A stretch of DNA of 64,000 nt from an uncultured Thermoplasmata archaeon (lineage in GTDB: Archaea; Thermoplasmatota; Thermoplasmata; Lutacidiplasmatales; UBA184), in assembly GCA_963708255.1 (NCBI GenBank), contig CAVPSE010000002.1:437842-501841 (forward strand). The letters are read 5' to 3'. Below, piece after piece: positions 11,180 through 21,197 of the stretch. The notes beneath the pieces are model-generated. The model was not told where the DNA came from. It made no database searches and worked only from the letters and a program-made list of their open reading frames with translations. Both the position numbers and the translations under genes were made by a program. How positions within the stretch are numbered: the stretch's first letter is position 1; the number at the start of each line of letters is the position of its first letter.

Positions 11180-11926
11180 CCGTCGTTCGCCACCGCCTCC
11201 GCGCCCTACTGACCCTGACCTACCTCAACGGCGCGCTGCCGATCCGGACCCAGCCGCTGTACCTGATCAACATCGTCGCCTCCCCGCTCTCGTTCCTGTT
11301 CTTCATCACCATCGCCTCCAACGGCGTGCTCCTCGCGTACGGGATCGGCGGGGGGATGCTGATGACGATGCTCTCCATCGGCACCTCGCTCCAGACCGAC
11401 ATCTCCCACTACCGCCAGGACCTCAAGCTCCAGGACGTGGTCGTCGCCTCCCCCGTCGAAGCGTGGGTCTATGTGGCGGGGATCGCCCTCTCGGAGCTGG
11501 TCTACTCCCTCCCCGGCCTCGCGGTGTTTGTCCTGCTCTGGGGGTACTGCGGCTGGGCGAACCTCGCCGGCGGGCTCACCCTCATCCTTGTCCTGCTCCT
11601 GGTGTGGGCGTTCGCCTCCGCCCTCGGCTTCACCCTCGCCACGTTCCTGCAGGACGTTCGGGAGACGTTCGTCTTCTCCGGGATCATCTCTCTCGGGCTC
11701 TCCGTGCTCCCGCCGGTGTACTACCCGATCCAGCGCCTCCCGGGGTGGCTCGTGCCGCTGGCGTACGCTCTCCCCGACCACGTACGCGGCCGACCTGCTT
11801 CACCGGTCGTTCGGCGAGCCGGCGATCCCGGGGGTCAGCCCCCTCGTCGACTGGCTCGTGCTGATCGGGTTCACCGTGTTCCTTCTGGCGCTGGCGGCCT
11901 GGAAGGCGCGGTGGCGCGAGCCCTAG
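11176..11926 (+). CDS. ABC-2 type transporter permease
   Basis: GTGA overlap with the ATPase stop. Six hydrophobic segments (LYLINIVASPLSFLFFITIA... etc). Frame break ~11771-11782. The end comes from ORF 11471..11926. Confidence 0.6.
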
Positions 11927-11969
11927 TCCTGGCGTCGTTTTTTCCGTCGACCGGCCGTCGAGAAGACCG

Positions 11970-12256
11970 GTGGCCGACGCAAGCCCTTATGTACCGCCAC
12001 GCGGGTGCGCGAATCCCATGCTTCAGTTCGCCGACAACCGGAGCTTTTCTTCGATGGAGGACCGCCTCCAGCCGTGCACGTTCTGTGGCAAGGACCTGGT
12101 GGTCCTTCCCAACGACCGGCGCGGGGGCGCATGCTTCGATTGCCTCTCGCTCCTCGGCGAGGAGACGACCCCTTGCTCGGAGTGCGGATCGCCGGTCCAG
12201 GCCGGTACCCCGCCCGGCGCTGCCCCCGGTGCGGCGGGTCCGGCTGGCGCATCTAG
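11970..12256 (+). CDS. Small zinc-ribbon protein (four CxxC pairs), function unknown
   Basis: CTFCG...CFDC...CSECG, then after a frame break (~12195-12212) CPRCGG...*. The start is uncertain (ATG 11970, 12018 or 12054). Confidence 0.4.
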
Positions 12257-12293
12257 ACTTCCGGCGTCCTCGCCTTCGCGTCGGTTCTGCCGC

Positions 12294-12304
12294 TAACCTT
12301 ATCC
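12294..12304 (+). promoter_or_regulatory. TATA-like element upstream of tRNA-Ser
   Basis: TAACCTTATCC lies about 30 nt upstream of the tRNA 5' end (12332). Confidence 0.35.
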
Positions 12305-12331
12305 TTCGGATTCGGTCCGTCGACCGGGCGT

Positions 12332-12449
12332 GCCGAGGTGGCTCAGTCCGGTACGGCGCGAGTCTGGAAAGCTCGTGGCGGAATACGCCTCGGGAGTTCA
12401 AAGGCCGACGGCGGATCCGACCGCCCGGCGGGGATTCTCCCCCTCGGCG
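12332..12449 (+). tRNA. tRNA-Ser (anticodon GGA) with a 33-nt intron in the T-loop (12403-12435, position 59/60)
   Basis: Hand fold. Acceptor GCCGAGG/CCTCGGC. Anticodon stem CGAGT/GCTCG with loop CTGGAAA. Long variable arm GGCG-GAATA-CGCC. T-stem GGGAG (12392-96) pairs with CTCCC (12437-41) only if 12403-12435 is removed. Discriminator G. No encoded CCA. Confidence 0.85.
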
Positions 12450-12465
12450 CTCCCTCCCGGAGCCC

Positions 12466-12897
12466 ATGACCCTTCCCGTCCGTAGGACCCCCGCCGCGTT
12501 GCTCCAGGTCGACGCGATCCTGAGCCGGCTGGACGGTCGCCCCGCCCTCGACGAGGTGGCGCGATACCTCCTCGCCGAGTTCGCGGAGCTCGCCGCGGTC
12601 TCCTTCTATCGGGCCGATCCGCCACCGACGTCGTTCGCGGGGGGCACCGTTCCCGAGGGTCGGACGGTCGCGGAGATCCCTCCCTCCGTCGACGAGGCGG
12701 TGCGAGTGGGTCGGCGCGTCGACGACCCGGCTACCGCCGAGGTCGCCGTCCCGGTCCGCGAGGGGGAACGGACGGCCGGGGTGGTGCTCGCCCGCGCGTC
12801 GAAGGGCCCCCTGGACGCGGTCGACGGGCGGTTCCTCGCCGAGATAGCGAAGCGGTCCTCCGGCGCGATCGAGGACCGCCCGAAGCGACTGCTGTAG
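12466..12897 (+). CDS. Small stand-alone GAF-like domain protein
   Basis: Tail of track ORF 9760..12897 starting at ATG 12466. Strong G/C third-position bias. GAF-like pattern (...AAVSFYRAD...VAVPVREGERTAGVVLARAS...DGRFLAEIAKRS). The family call is tentative. Confidence 0.4.
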   Translation: MTLPVRRTPAALLQVDAILSRLDGRPALDEVARYLLAEFAELAAVSFYRADPPPTSFAGGTVPEGRTVAEIPPSVDEAVRVGRRVDDPATAEVAVPVREGERTAGVVLARASKGPLDAVDGRFLAEIAKRSSGAIEDRPKRLL

Positions 12898-13629
12898 CCG
12901 CCAACCCGGCCGACATCGCCCGGCGGGCGGCCCGGCGGGCCCATTCCGCGTCGAAGGGAGGGAATTCGCCGGGGAGGGACCGGCCGCGGACGCCGTGACG
13001 CCGCGACGGATCCCGTCGAGCGCCCGGGTGAGCTCGTCGACGATCGGAATGTCGGCGACCTGCGAGGTCCTCGAGAGGGGGTTGAGGTCGATCGAGATGA
13101 CCCGGAGGCCCATCCGCTTCAGTGCCGACGCCCGGTCGCCGTCCTCCAAGGGGATCACGCAAACGTCGGCGGCGCCGATCCCGCGGACGTCCACCCGACC
13201 ACGGTCCGAGTCGAGGCCCGGGACCCGGCCCGTCGGCCGGAGCCCGAGGACCGACCGGACCCCGGCGCCGGTCAGGCGCCGGGCGACCGAGCGGACCCGC
13301 GCGGGGGTCCGGTGGAACAGGTTCACTTCGATGCGGAGAGACGGGAGCGCGCGGGCCAGGGCCGCCACCTGGGGGGCGGCGAGCGCCGCCACGTTCCCGT
13401 TGACGCTGAGGACGGGACGGTGGGCGGCGAGGAGCCATTGGGCCGCGACCCGCTCGGCTCGTCGGGCGGACGGGATCGTCCGTTCACCGAGGAAGTAGTC
13501 GAACGCCTCCCCCCGGCCGTGGGCGATGAGCCCCTCGGGGACGACGAGGCCGGCCCGGGCTGCCTCGGCGAGGTCGGCCCGGACCTTCAGGCTCCGGTAA
13601 CGGGGATGCGAGGGGGAGATGCGGGTCAT
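12731..13629 (-). CDS. 4-phosphopantoate--beta-alanine ligase (archaeal phosphopantothenate synthetase)
   Basis: ORF 12343..13629, N-terminal 210 aa: HPRYRSLKVR...LIAHGRGEAFDYFLGE...VLSVNGNVAAL...EVNLFHRT...IPLEDGDRASALKRMG...ISIDLNPLSRT...IVDELTRAL. The 3' end is unresolved. No minus-strand stop exists in any frame between ~13020 and 12733. Confidence 0.8.
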
Positions 13630-13638
13630 CCGAGCGCG

Positions 13639-14390
13639 TTAGGCCCCGTCCGCGGGGGAGACCGGGTGGTCGGACGCCGCTGGCGCCGGGGCGGTGCCGT
13701 TGGGGGCGATGCCGGCGTGGGCCTCCAAGCTCGACACGCGCTGCTCCAGGGGGGCCAGCGCCTCCTCGATCGCCTTCGTGACCACGAGCTTGAGGCTGTC
13801 CTCGAGGGCGAGGAGGTCGCGGCTCAGGTCGGTGATCCGACGGGCGTTCTCGTTCAGGAGGAGCCGGGTCTGGGTGGCGACCCGGTAGGTGTCCGCCACG
13901 TCCTTGAGGACCTCCCGGGAACTGATCGCGAACGTTTCGATCGACTCCCCGATCGGCTTCCACCGCTGGTCGAGGTCCTTGAGCACCCGGGCGCCGAGCT
14001 CGCCGGAAAGGCGGTCGAGGCCTGGCCGAGAACCCCAGGTCCATCCGCTCGCCGACCGCCGCGGAGACCGCATCGACCCGCTCCCGGAGGTCGCCCGTGG
14101 CGGTCGTGGCCTGCTCTTCGACCCGGGCGACACGGTCATCGAGGGCCTGGAGCCGCGAAGAGGAGGTTCGAGTACGCGGTGCCGATCAGGGTATCGAAGT
14201 GCGACTGGTTCGACTCCTCCGCGCGGAGCAGGAGGTGGAGGACCCAATGCTCGCGTCCTTTGGTCTCAGAGAGGGGTCCGCGGTCGATCCGGTCGCGGCT
14301 GTCGCGGTTGTCGATGAGCTGCTGAAGCTCCTTGAGGACCTCCAGCCGAAGGGCGGCGGCAGGCGCGGCCGGCGGAGGCCTTCCGCTCAT
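13639..14390 (-). CDS. Coiled-coil protein, function unknown
   Basis: ATG 14390 (MSGRPPPAAPAAALRLEVLKELQQLIDNRD...HWVLHLLLRAEESNQSHFDTLIGTAYSNLLF). Joined through 2 frame breaks to LQALDDRVARVEEQATTATGDLRERVDAV... and to ORF 13639..14247 (LDRLSGELGARVLKDLDQRW...LAPLEQRVSSLEAH). Confidence 0.4.
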
Positions 14391-14413
14391 CGTCCGGCGA
14401 TTGGAGTCGAGAC

Positions 14414-14427
14414 GGTTAAATATGTTC
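14414..14427 (-). promoter_or_regulatory. TATA box for the coiled-coil gene (overlaps the sfsA stop codon)
   Basis: The minus strand reads GAACATATTTAACC, 26-33 nt upstream of ATG 14390. The TAA inside it is the sfsA stop. Confidence 0.5.
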
Positions 14428-15150
14428 TCGGCCGGGGTCAAGGACGGGGACGGGTCGGCCCCAGCGGACACCGTCGGGCCGTACCTCCAATCGGTAGGCG
14501 GATACGCCGACCCCTGCGCGGCGGGCCCGGTCGAACGCGGCGGCGAACGCTGGGTCGAGCGCTCGGTTGGGCGCGAACGCCTCCACATCGGATCGCTGGA
14601 TCGACGATGATCACGTCGGCCCGGACCCGGCGCGGCACGCCCTCGCCAGGGCGACCATGTGCCGGGTCCCGCGCTCGGTGGGGGCGTCCGGGAAATCGGG
14701 CGATCCGTCCCTCCTTCAGGTTGGAGCTCTTCACTTCGAGCAGGTGAACTGTCCGCGCGCTCGGGCGACCGAGGCGGGCGAAGTCGAACCGGTGGTGGCC
14801 GACCGTGAACTCGGACCGCCACCCGGTACGTGGGAGGTCGCCCACCTGTCCGGCCGCCAGGGCCCGGCCGACGATCCGATTGGCGAGCAGCGTATCGATG
14901 GAGACGAGGGTCCCATCATGAACGACCGAAACGAGCGTCGCGGACGTGGCGCGCGCCGGATTCCGGGCCGGACGGTGAACCCCCGAGTCTCCCCTGGGAC
15001 GAGCAGTTCGACCATCCGCCCCGGGTTGGGGACATGCACCGCCCGTGTTACTCCGCCCTCGAGCGGCCGGACCTCCGCAAGGAACCGGTTCGGGCGTCGT
15101 AGGAAGACGACCTCCTCGGGCGGGCCGTCGTACCGAAGGGAAACGCTCAC
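14416..15150 (-). CDS. sfsA: SfsA-family nuclease (sugar fermentation stimulation protein homolog)
   Basis: GTG 15150 (GTGA overlap with the ACAD stop). FLRRPNRFLAEVRPLEGGVTRAVHVPNPGRMVELLVPG, HHRFDFARL...VHLLEVKSSNL...ARFPDAPT..., ...VSAYRLEVRPDGVRWGRPVPVL. At least 3 frame breaks. Confidence 0.7.
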
Positions 15151-16312
15151 GCTAGTACCGCGTCGAAGCCGGGACCGAGGAGCTCCCGGGCCACGACGAG
15201 GCGGCGGATCTCGGAGGTGCCAGCGCCGATCTCCAGGAGCTTCGCGTCCCGGGCGAGACGCTCCAGCGGGGAGGTCCCGCATGTACCCATACCCGCCGAA
15301 GATCTGGATGGCATCGAGCGCGACCCGGGTGGACGCCTCCGAGCCGAACGTGAGGGCCGCGGCGCTCCACCGCATCGACCGCTTGTCGGTCTGGACGTGG
15401 GCGAGCGCCTGGTAGAGGAGGAGTCGGGACGCCTCCAGCAGCGTGTGCATGTTGGCGAGCTTCTCCTGGACGAGTTCGAACCGGCCGATCTGCCGGCCGA
15501 ACTGCTCACGTTCCTTCGCGTACGCGATGCGACCGGTCGAGGCACTCGGCCATAATGCCGACCGGGATGGCGGCCAGCACTGCCCGCTCGACGTTGAGCC
15601 CGCTCATCATCACCCCCGCCCCCTCGTTGAGCCCACCGACCAGGTGGTCGTGGGGGACCTCCACGTCCTGGAATGCGAGTTCACCGGTGGGAGAGCCCCG
15701 CATGCCCATCTTGTCGAGGCTGCGGGAAACGGTGAACCCGGGGGTCCCTTTCGGGACGACGAAAGCGCTGATCCCGCGGGCCCCGTCTTGGGGCGAGGTC
15801 TTCGCGTAGACCAGGAGGGTGTCGGCGACCGGGCCGTTGGTGATGAACTGCTTGGAGCCGTTGATCACCCAGGTGTCGCCCCGACGCTCGGCCCGGGTCC
15901 GTAGCGAGACCGCGTCGGAGCCACTGGACGGCTCCGTCAGGGCGAGGGCCCCGACGGTGGCGCCCGAGGCGAGCCCCGGGAGATACCGGGCGCGGAGGTG
16001 CTGGGAGCCGTTGCGGGCCAGGTTGTCGGCGCAGAGATTGGCGTGGGCGCCTACGGAGAGGGCCAGGGCCGGGCTGGCGCGAGCGATCTCTTCGAGCACG
16101 ACGGCCTGGGCCAGGTACGACTGTCCCAGTCCTCCGTCGGACTCGGGGAGCGTGACCCCGAGGAACCCATGTTCGCCGAGCCGCCGGAAGAGCTCCCTCG
16201 GGAACCAGTCCTCCCGGTCCATCCGGTCCGCCACGGGGGCGATCTCACGGGCCGTGAACTTCTGAGCGGCCTCCCTCAGGTCGCGCTCGATCGGGGACAG
16301 CTCGAGGTCCAT
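15147..16312 (-). CDS. Acyl-CoA dehydrogenase
   Basis: ORF 15506..16312 (LTEPSSGSDA...WVINGSKQFITNG...GMRGSPTGEL). Then ASTGRIAYAKEREQFGRQIGRFELVQEKLANM (ORF 14731..15450 frame). Then LERLARDAKLLEIGAGTSEIRRLVVAREL (ORF 15147..15545). Two frame breaks (~15525, ~15265). Confidence 0.85.
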
Positions 16313-16374
16313 GCTCCTCCGAGGAGCCGGCCCGCATAACCCTAACCGCGGCGGCTCCGGGGGTCGACCACCGA

Positions 16375-17923
16375 TCAGCCGCCCCGGACAAGTCCCAGGT
16401 GGCGTCGCCAGCTCCCCCGGGGTGCCGGATGGTCGGTCCGATAGTGAGCCCCGCGACTCTCGGTACGGGTGAGGGCGGCCCGGGTGATCAGGGACGCCAG
16501 GAGGGCGTGGTTGGCGGTCGCTCCGGGGAGGTCATCCTCGGATGAGGGTTCCGTGAGGCGCCGGAAGCGGTCCAGTGTACCGACGGCGGCCTCGAGCTCC
16601 GTGCCCTGCCGAACGATCCCCACCTTCTCCCAAAGCAGCCCCTGGATCGCGGTCGTCGTCCGGGGGTCGAACCGCCGGCCCTCGCCGGGGACCGGCGCGA
16701 TCCGGAGGCATTCCCGGGGGGTCAGGGGGCCCCCATGGGCGGGGCTCCGGAGGAGCCTCGCCACGCGCTCGCCGAACACCAGCCCTTCCAGCAACGAGTT
16801 GCTCGCCAGCCGGTTCGCTCCGTGGACCCCCGTGCTGGCCACCTCCCCGCAGGCGAGCAGCGAAGGGACGCTCGTCCTGCCCATTCGATCGGTGGCGACG
16901 CCCCCGATCATGTAGTGGGCCGCGGGGGAGATCGGGATCATCTCGCGGGCGGGGTCGATCCCGTGGTCCCGGAGGAACTGGCAGACCTGCGGGAACCGGG
17001 CGTAGAGACGATCTCGAGGGATCCCGGTCGCATCGAGGAACACCTCCCGGTCCCCCGATCGTCGTAGCTCGGACCAGATCGCCCGGGCCACGATGTCGCG
17101 AGAGGCCAGTTCAGCGGCCCGGTCGGTACGACGGGAGAAATCGACGGCCGGCGGAGTTCCGGACCACGGCCCCTTCCCCCCGGACCGCCTCCGTGATGAG
17201 GTAGCGCGGGGCGCCCCGGCGGAGGAAGACGGTGGGGTGGAACTGGATGAACTCCATATCGGTGAGGAGCGCCCCCGCCCGGAACGCCACCGCTACCCCC
17301 TCGCCGGTGGCGATGGACGGGTTCGAGCTCTCCCGGTAGAGGCCCCCGGCGCCGCCGGTCGCCAGGACCACCGACCCTGGCTCGGTCTCCTCAATGCCCC
17401 CCCCGTCGGGGCGCGACAAGGTCGCGACGATCTTGCGCCCCTGCGGACGGAGGCGTCGGAGCACGCACTTTTCGCGGGTGTCGATCCCGGCATCGAGGAC
17501 ACGCGCCCGTAGGGTCTCCTCAATTCGGAGGCCGGTCGCGTCCCCGCCAGCATGGAGGATACGCGCCCGGGAGTGGGCCGCCTCGCGCCCGAGGGCGACC
17601 GAGCCGTCCACGGTGTCGAACGGGACCCCGTACCGGACGAGGTCAGCGATGCGCGCCGGCGCCTCTGCGGTCAGGCACCGGGCCGCGGCAACGTCCACAA
17701 GCCCTGCGCCGGCCCGGAGGGTGTCCCGAAGATGGGACTGGACCGAATCCCCCGGTCCCACGGCGGCGGCGATGCCGCCCTGGGCGTAGCGGGTGTTCGA
17801 CTCCTCGAGCCGCGACTTGGTCACCACCGTCGGGTGGAGGCCTAGTTCGTGGCTCCGGAGCGCCACGTAGAGGCCGGCGATCCCGCTTCCGATGATCAAG
17901 GGACCCCGGGGGCCGGCCGCCAC
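16375..17923 (-). CDS. nadB: L-aspartate oxidase
   Basis: GTG 17923. GSGIAGLY FAD-binding fold, YAQGGIAAA, FIQFHPT, ITEAVRGEGA. After a frame break ~17100-17115 comes ORF 16375..17091 (HYMIGGV...VHGANRLASNSLLEGLVFG...ESRGAHYRTDHP). Confidence 0.9.
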
Positions 17924-17977
17924 ACTGCGAGGGAGCGGCTGGCGTACTAAACGGCGGGGGCCAAGGCCAAGAGGGAA

Positions 17978-19364
17978 GTGCCGCCGGAGATGAGGGCGTC
18001 CGTGTCCGCCAACGCCCTCGACACTACGGGCTGGGGCGCCACGGCCCGACCTGACGAGCTCCTCCGGAGGGCCCTCGTCGACCGGCAGAAGGCAGGGCCC
18101 CTCGAGAGGTCCGTCTCGGTCACCGAGCTGCTGGATCCCCGAGCCGCCTACTGGCGGAGGGTTCGGCCGGTGCCGGCGAGCCCGGAGCGCGCGGCGCGGA
18201 TGCGCGCCGGCCAGGAGATGCATGTGCGGGCCGGCCACGTGTTGGCCCCCGCGAGCGCGAGAGAGGTCCGCCGGCGGCGGGAGGGGATCGTGGCCCGGAT
18301 CGACCTGTTGGACGAGCGGGTGACGGAGCTCAAGACCACCTCGCTCCGGAGCGGGGCGGAGGGGGCGGCGGTCCGGCCCTCGTACCTCCAGCAACTGGCG
18401 ATCTACTGCGGCCTCCTCGAACGATCGGAGGCGCGCTTGATCCTGATCGACCCTACCTCGGAGGGCGGGCCGCGGGCCGAGGCGTATGACGCCGAGTTCC
18501 CCGCGGCTGACGTGGCCTGGGCCGAGGCGCTTCGCCGGGCGACGGCCCTTCGAGCGGCGCTGGAGCGCGGTACCCCCGATGCCCTCCCCCGCTGTGTATG
18601 GAGGGACCGGGGGTGTGAGTTCCAGGCCGCAGGGGTCTGCGACTGCCAGGGGACCGAACCGGAGGCGGCTTTGGATGCCTTCGGGCCGCTGCCGAAGGTC
18701 GCGCCGGTTCCCGACGTCGCAGGGCGGCTCGTCGACGGCCTGACTCCCCAGTCCGAGGCCCCAGGCATCCGACGATTCCGGGACCTCCTATACCCCCGAC
18801 GGGCGTACTTCGACCGGACAATGCCACCCGACGAGGCAGAGCGGGAGTGGACCCCCCCCGCGGGCGGCGGGACCGAGGACCTTTGGCGGACGCTCTCGGA
18901 CCTGCTCGAGAGCGGGGTCGCCGGCGAGGTCGCCGCGGTGGACGCCCCAGACGGCGAACCGCTGGAGCGAGTAACGACCCTCGCCGGTCGGCCCCTGCTG
19001 CTCAAGACCAACCGCTCCTGGAACCCTCCAGCGGAAGAGCGGGTCGTCACCGACCAGCCCCAGGTACATCCTGGAGCTCGGCCTGAGGTGCGCCGCCCTC
19101 GGCGCGCGGGAGGGTTCGCTGGTGGTCGGGTATGAACGGGTCGTCCCCTGGGACCGGCGGATCCACGCCTACCGGGTGACGTTCGATGGGGGGTCGGACC
19201 CCCGGACCCTCGCGGGCGACCGGATCCGGGGACTGCGGCGCGCCCTGTCGGATCGGGATCCCTCCAAACTGCCAGTCTGCCCGCGCTGGATGTACGATGG
19301 CTGTCCCTACCGACCGGACTGCGGATGCGCGGCCGGCGCCGGCCCCGGCATCGACCAGCGGTAG
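17978..19364 (+). CDS. Tandem PD-(D/E)XK (Cas4/RecB-like) nuclease-domain protein with two C-terminal Cys clusters
   Basis: Module 1: GQEMHVRAGH, ARIDLLDERVTELKTTS (D..ExK), QQLAIYCGLL (QxxxY), CVWRDRGCEFQAAGVCDC. Module 2: LLLKTN (degenerate), QPQYILELGL, CPRWMYDGCPYRPDCGC. Frame break at ~19062. The end comes from ORF 19122..19364. Confidence 0.6.
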
Positions 19365-20271
19365 ATCGCGGTCTGCAGGTCCGGCTGGAAACCGAGCCGC
19401 TCGTAGAGGGCGCGGGCCGGAAGGTTCGTCTCGGTCACCCAGAGGGTTACCGTAGCGTACCCCAGTGCCGCGGCGGCCCGGATACCCCATCGGAGCAGCA
19501 GGGACGCCATCCCGTGTCGGCGGAACGCCGGGTGGACCACCAGATCAAGGAAGATCGCATCCCGAGGGGACTCCTCGGCCGTCAGCACGGCCCCGACCAA
19601 CTGGTCATCCGTGTTCACAAGGGCCGCCGAAGCTTCGTCCAAGAACCGCCCCAGCCGGCCGGCGAGGATGTCGGAAAGGAGCCGCTGGTCGGCGGCGGCG
19701 TCCTCGGCAACGAACGCCTCGTCCGGTGTCCCCTGGAACGAGGCCCAGTCGAGCTGGGCGAGCATCTCGAGGGGGAGATCGCGGACCGGGACCCGCCGGA
19801 GCGGAGGCGCCAGCAGCGGCGCGTCCTGCGGGACCACGTCCCCGGTGGGGCGGACGAGCCGGAACCGGCGGAGGACGGAGAACCCCGGATCGCCTTCAAA
19901 GACGCCGGCGACGGCCCGCTCCTGCTCGTCGGTGAGTCCCGTCACCCCCACGTCGCTCCGGAGAGCGTCTCGGGGCACGGCCGCGCGCAGCCCCGCCAGC
20001 AGGGCCACGCCGCGCTGGGACGCCTCGGGACCGGGCTCGATGTGGAGGTGGCCGACCGCCCGGGCCCCGTGGATCGACACGACCGCGAGCCCCCCGGCGG
20101 GCTGGGGAGTGCCCAGCCGGTCAGTCGTCCGGTGCGAAGATCGTTCGCGGCCTCTTCGACCCAGTCCGGGGGCAGGTACTCGCCCCGGGCGGTCAGGGAT
20201 CTTCGAAGGGCATGGGTGAGCTCCAGCAGGCGGTCGGCGGGGACCTCGGAGGCTCGGACGGGGCTAGGCAC
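19307..20271 (-). CDS. GNAT-family N-acetyltransferase (two-domain)
   Basis: ORF 19942..20271 joined (~20085) to ORF 19307..20080. The C-terminal domain has a GNAT core (VVHPAFRRHGMASLLLRWGIRAAAALGYATVTLWVTETNLPARALYERLGF). Confidence 0.6.
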
Positions 20272-20279
20272 GGGACGCG

Positions 20280-21197
20280 CTAACCCGACGGCATGTCCCG
20301 GAGCAGGATCTGGGCAATATCCGGGGCCACGGACGCCTTCTCGGCGGGGTTGTCGAGGGTATCGGTGGAGAACACCGCGTCAGTCACGGCCTTGATCCGT
20401 TCGAACGCGTCGCGCAGGAACAGCCCGTGGGTACACGCCGCGGTGATGGCGCCGACCCGCTGCCGCTTCAGGAGCCGGGCGGCTTCGACGATCGTCCCCC
20501 CGGTCGAGATGACGTCGTCCACGATCACGATGTGCTTTCCCTCGAGCGGGACCGGGACGTCCTTCGGGAGGCTGAGTTCGACGTGCTCGCTGTCGATGCG
20601 CCGTTTTTCCAGCGCCATCCACGGCTTCTCGAGGATCCCGCCCATCCGCTTTGCCCGTTCGATGCCGCCCTTGTCGGGCGAGACGAGGAGGTCCACGGGG
20701 CGCTCGCGGAGCAGGCGGGCCACGGCCGGGATCCCGCTCGCCTCGAAGACGGGCTTCGGGAACGCCTTCAGGATCTCGGGCGAATGGAGGTCGACAGTGA
20801 CCACGGCGTCGGCGTCGATCGCGATGTGGCGCCCCAGCGCCCTTGCGCTCACCGCCTCTCCCGGGTAGAACAGGCGGTCCTGGCGCGCGTAGCCGTAGTA
20901 CGGCACCACCACGTAGAGGCGCCGGGCCCCCGCCTGGCGGATAGCGTCCTGTAGCAGGAAAAGTTCGATGAGATCCTGGTCGGTCCGGGTCGACTGGACA
21001 AGGACCACGTCGTCCCCGGAGACGCGGCCGCCGACCCGGAGGTAGAGTTCCCCATCGGGGAACCGCTTCATGAAGGGGATCCCGAACGGAACGTTCCCCA
21101 GTTCCCGGGAAATCCGCTCGGCCAAGGCGGTGGACGCCGAACCCCCGATGACGTGCACGACGAGCTCCTCGGACCGTCGGGACGTGGGAGCGGCCAA
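20280..21197 (-). CDS. prs: Ribose-phosphate pyrophosphokinase
   Basis: ORF 20280..21197, intact. VVPYYGYARQDR, LVSPDKGG, VIVDDVISTGGT. The true start may be GTG 21158. Confidence 0.9.
   Translation of the reverse strand: MAAPTSRRSEELVVHVIGGSASTALAERISRELGNVPFGIPFMKRFPDGELYLRVGGRVSGDDVVLVQSTRTDQDLIELFLLQDAIRQAGARRLYVVVPYYGYARQDRLFYPGEAVSARALGRHIAIDADAVVTVDLHSPEILKAFPKPVFEASGIPAVARLLRERPVDLLVSPDKGGIERAKRMGGILEKPWMALEKRRIDSEHVELSLPKDVPVPLEGKHIVIVDDVISTGGTIVEAARLLKRQRVGAITAACTHGLFLRDAFERIKAVTDAVFSTDTLDNPAEKASVAPDIAQILLRDMPSG

Noticed and set aside
12332-12402. First impression that both tRNAs are 3'-truncated at the T-loop (pseudogenes, split tRNA halves or att-site remnants).
   Set aside because: The missing T-stem and acceptor 3' strands are present 31-33 nt downstream in perfect register in both cases, and the junctions fit a BHB-like fold. 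The intron model explains everything, and no integrase or duplicated half was seen.
9760-12897. 1045-aa ORF spanning the purP C-terminus, ABC ATPase, permease, zinc-ribbon region, tRNA-Ser and the GAF-like gene.
   Set aside because: It is an artefact of missing stops plus indels. It contains recognisable separate genes with their own starts (10243, 11176, 12466) and runs across a tRNA gene.
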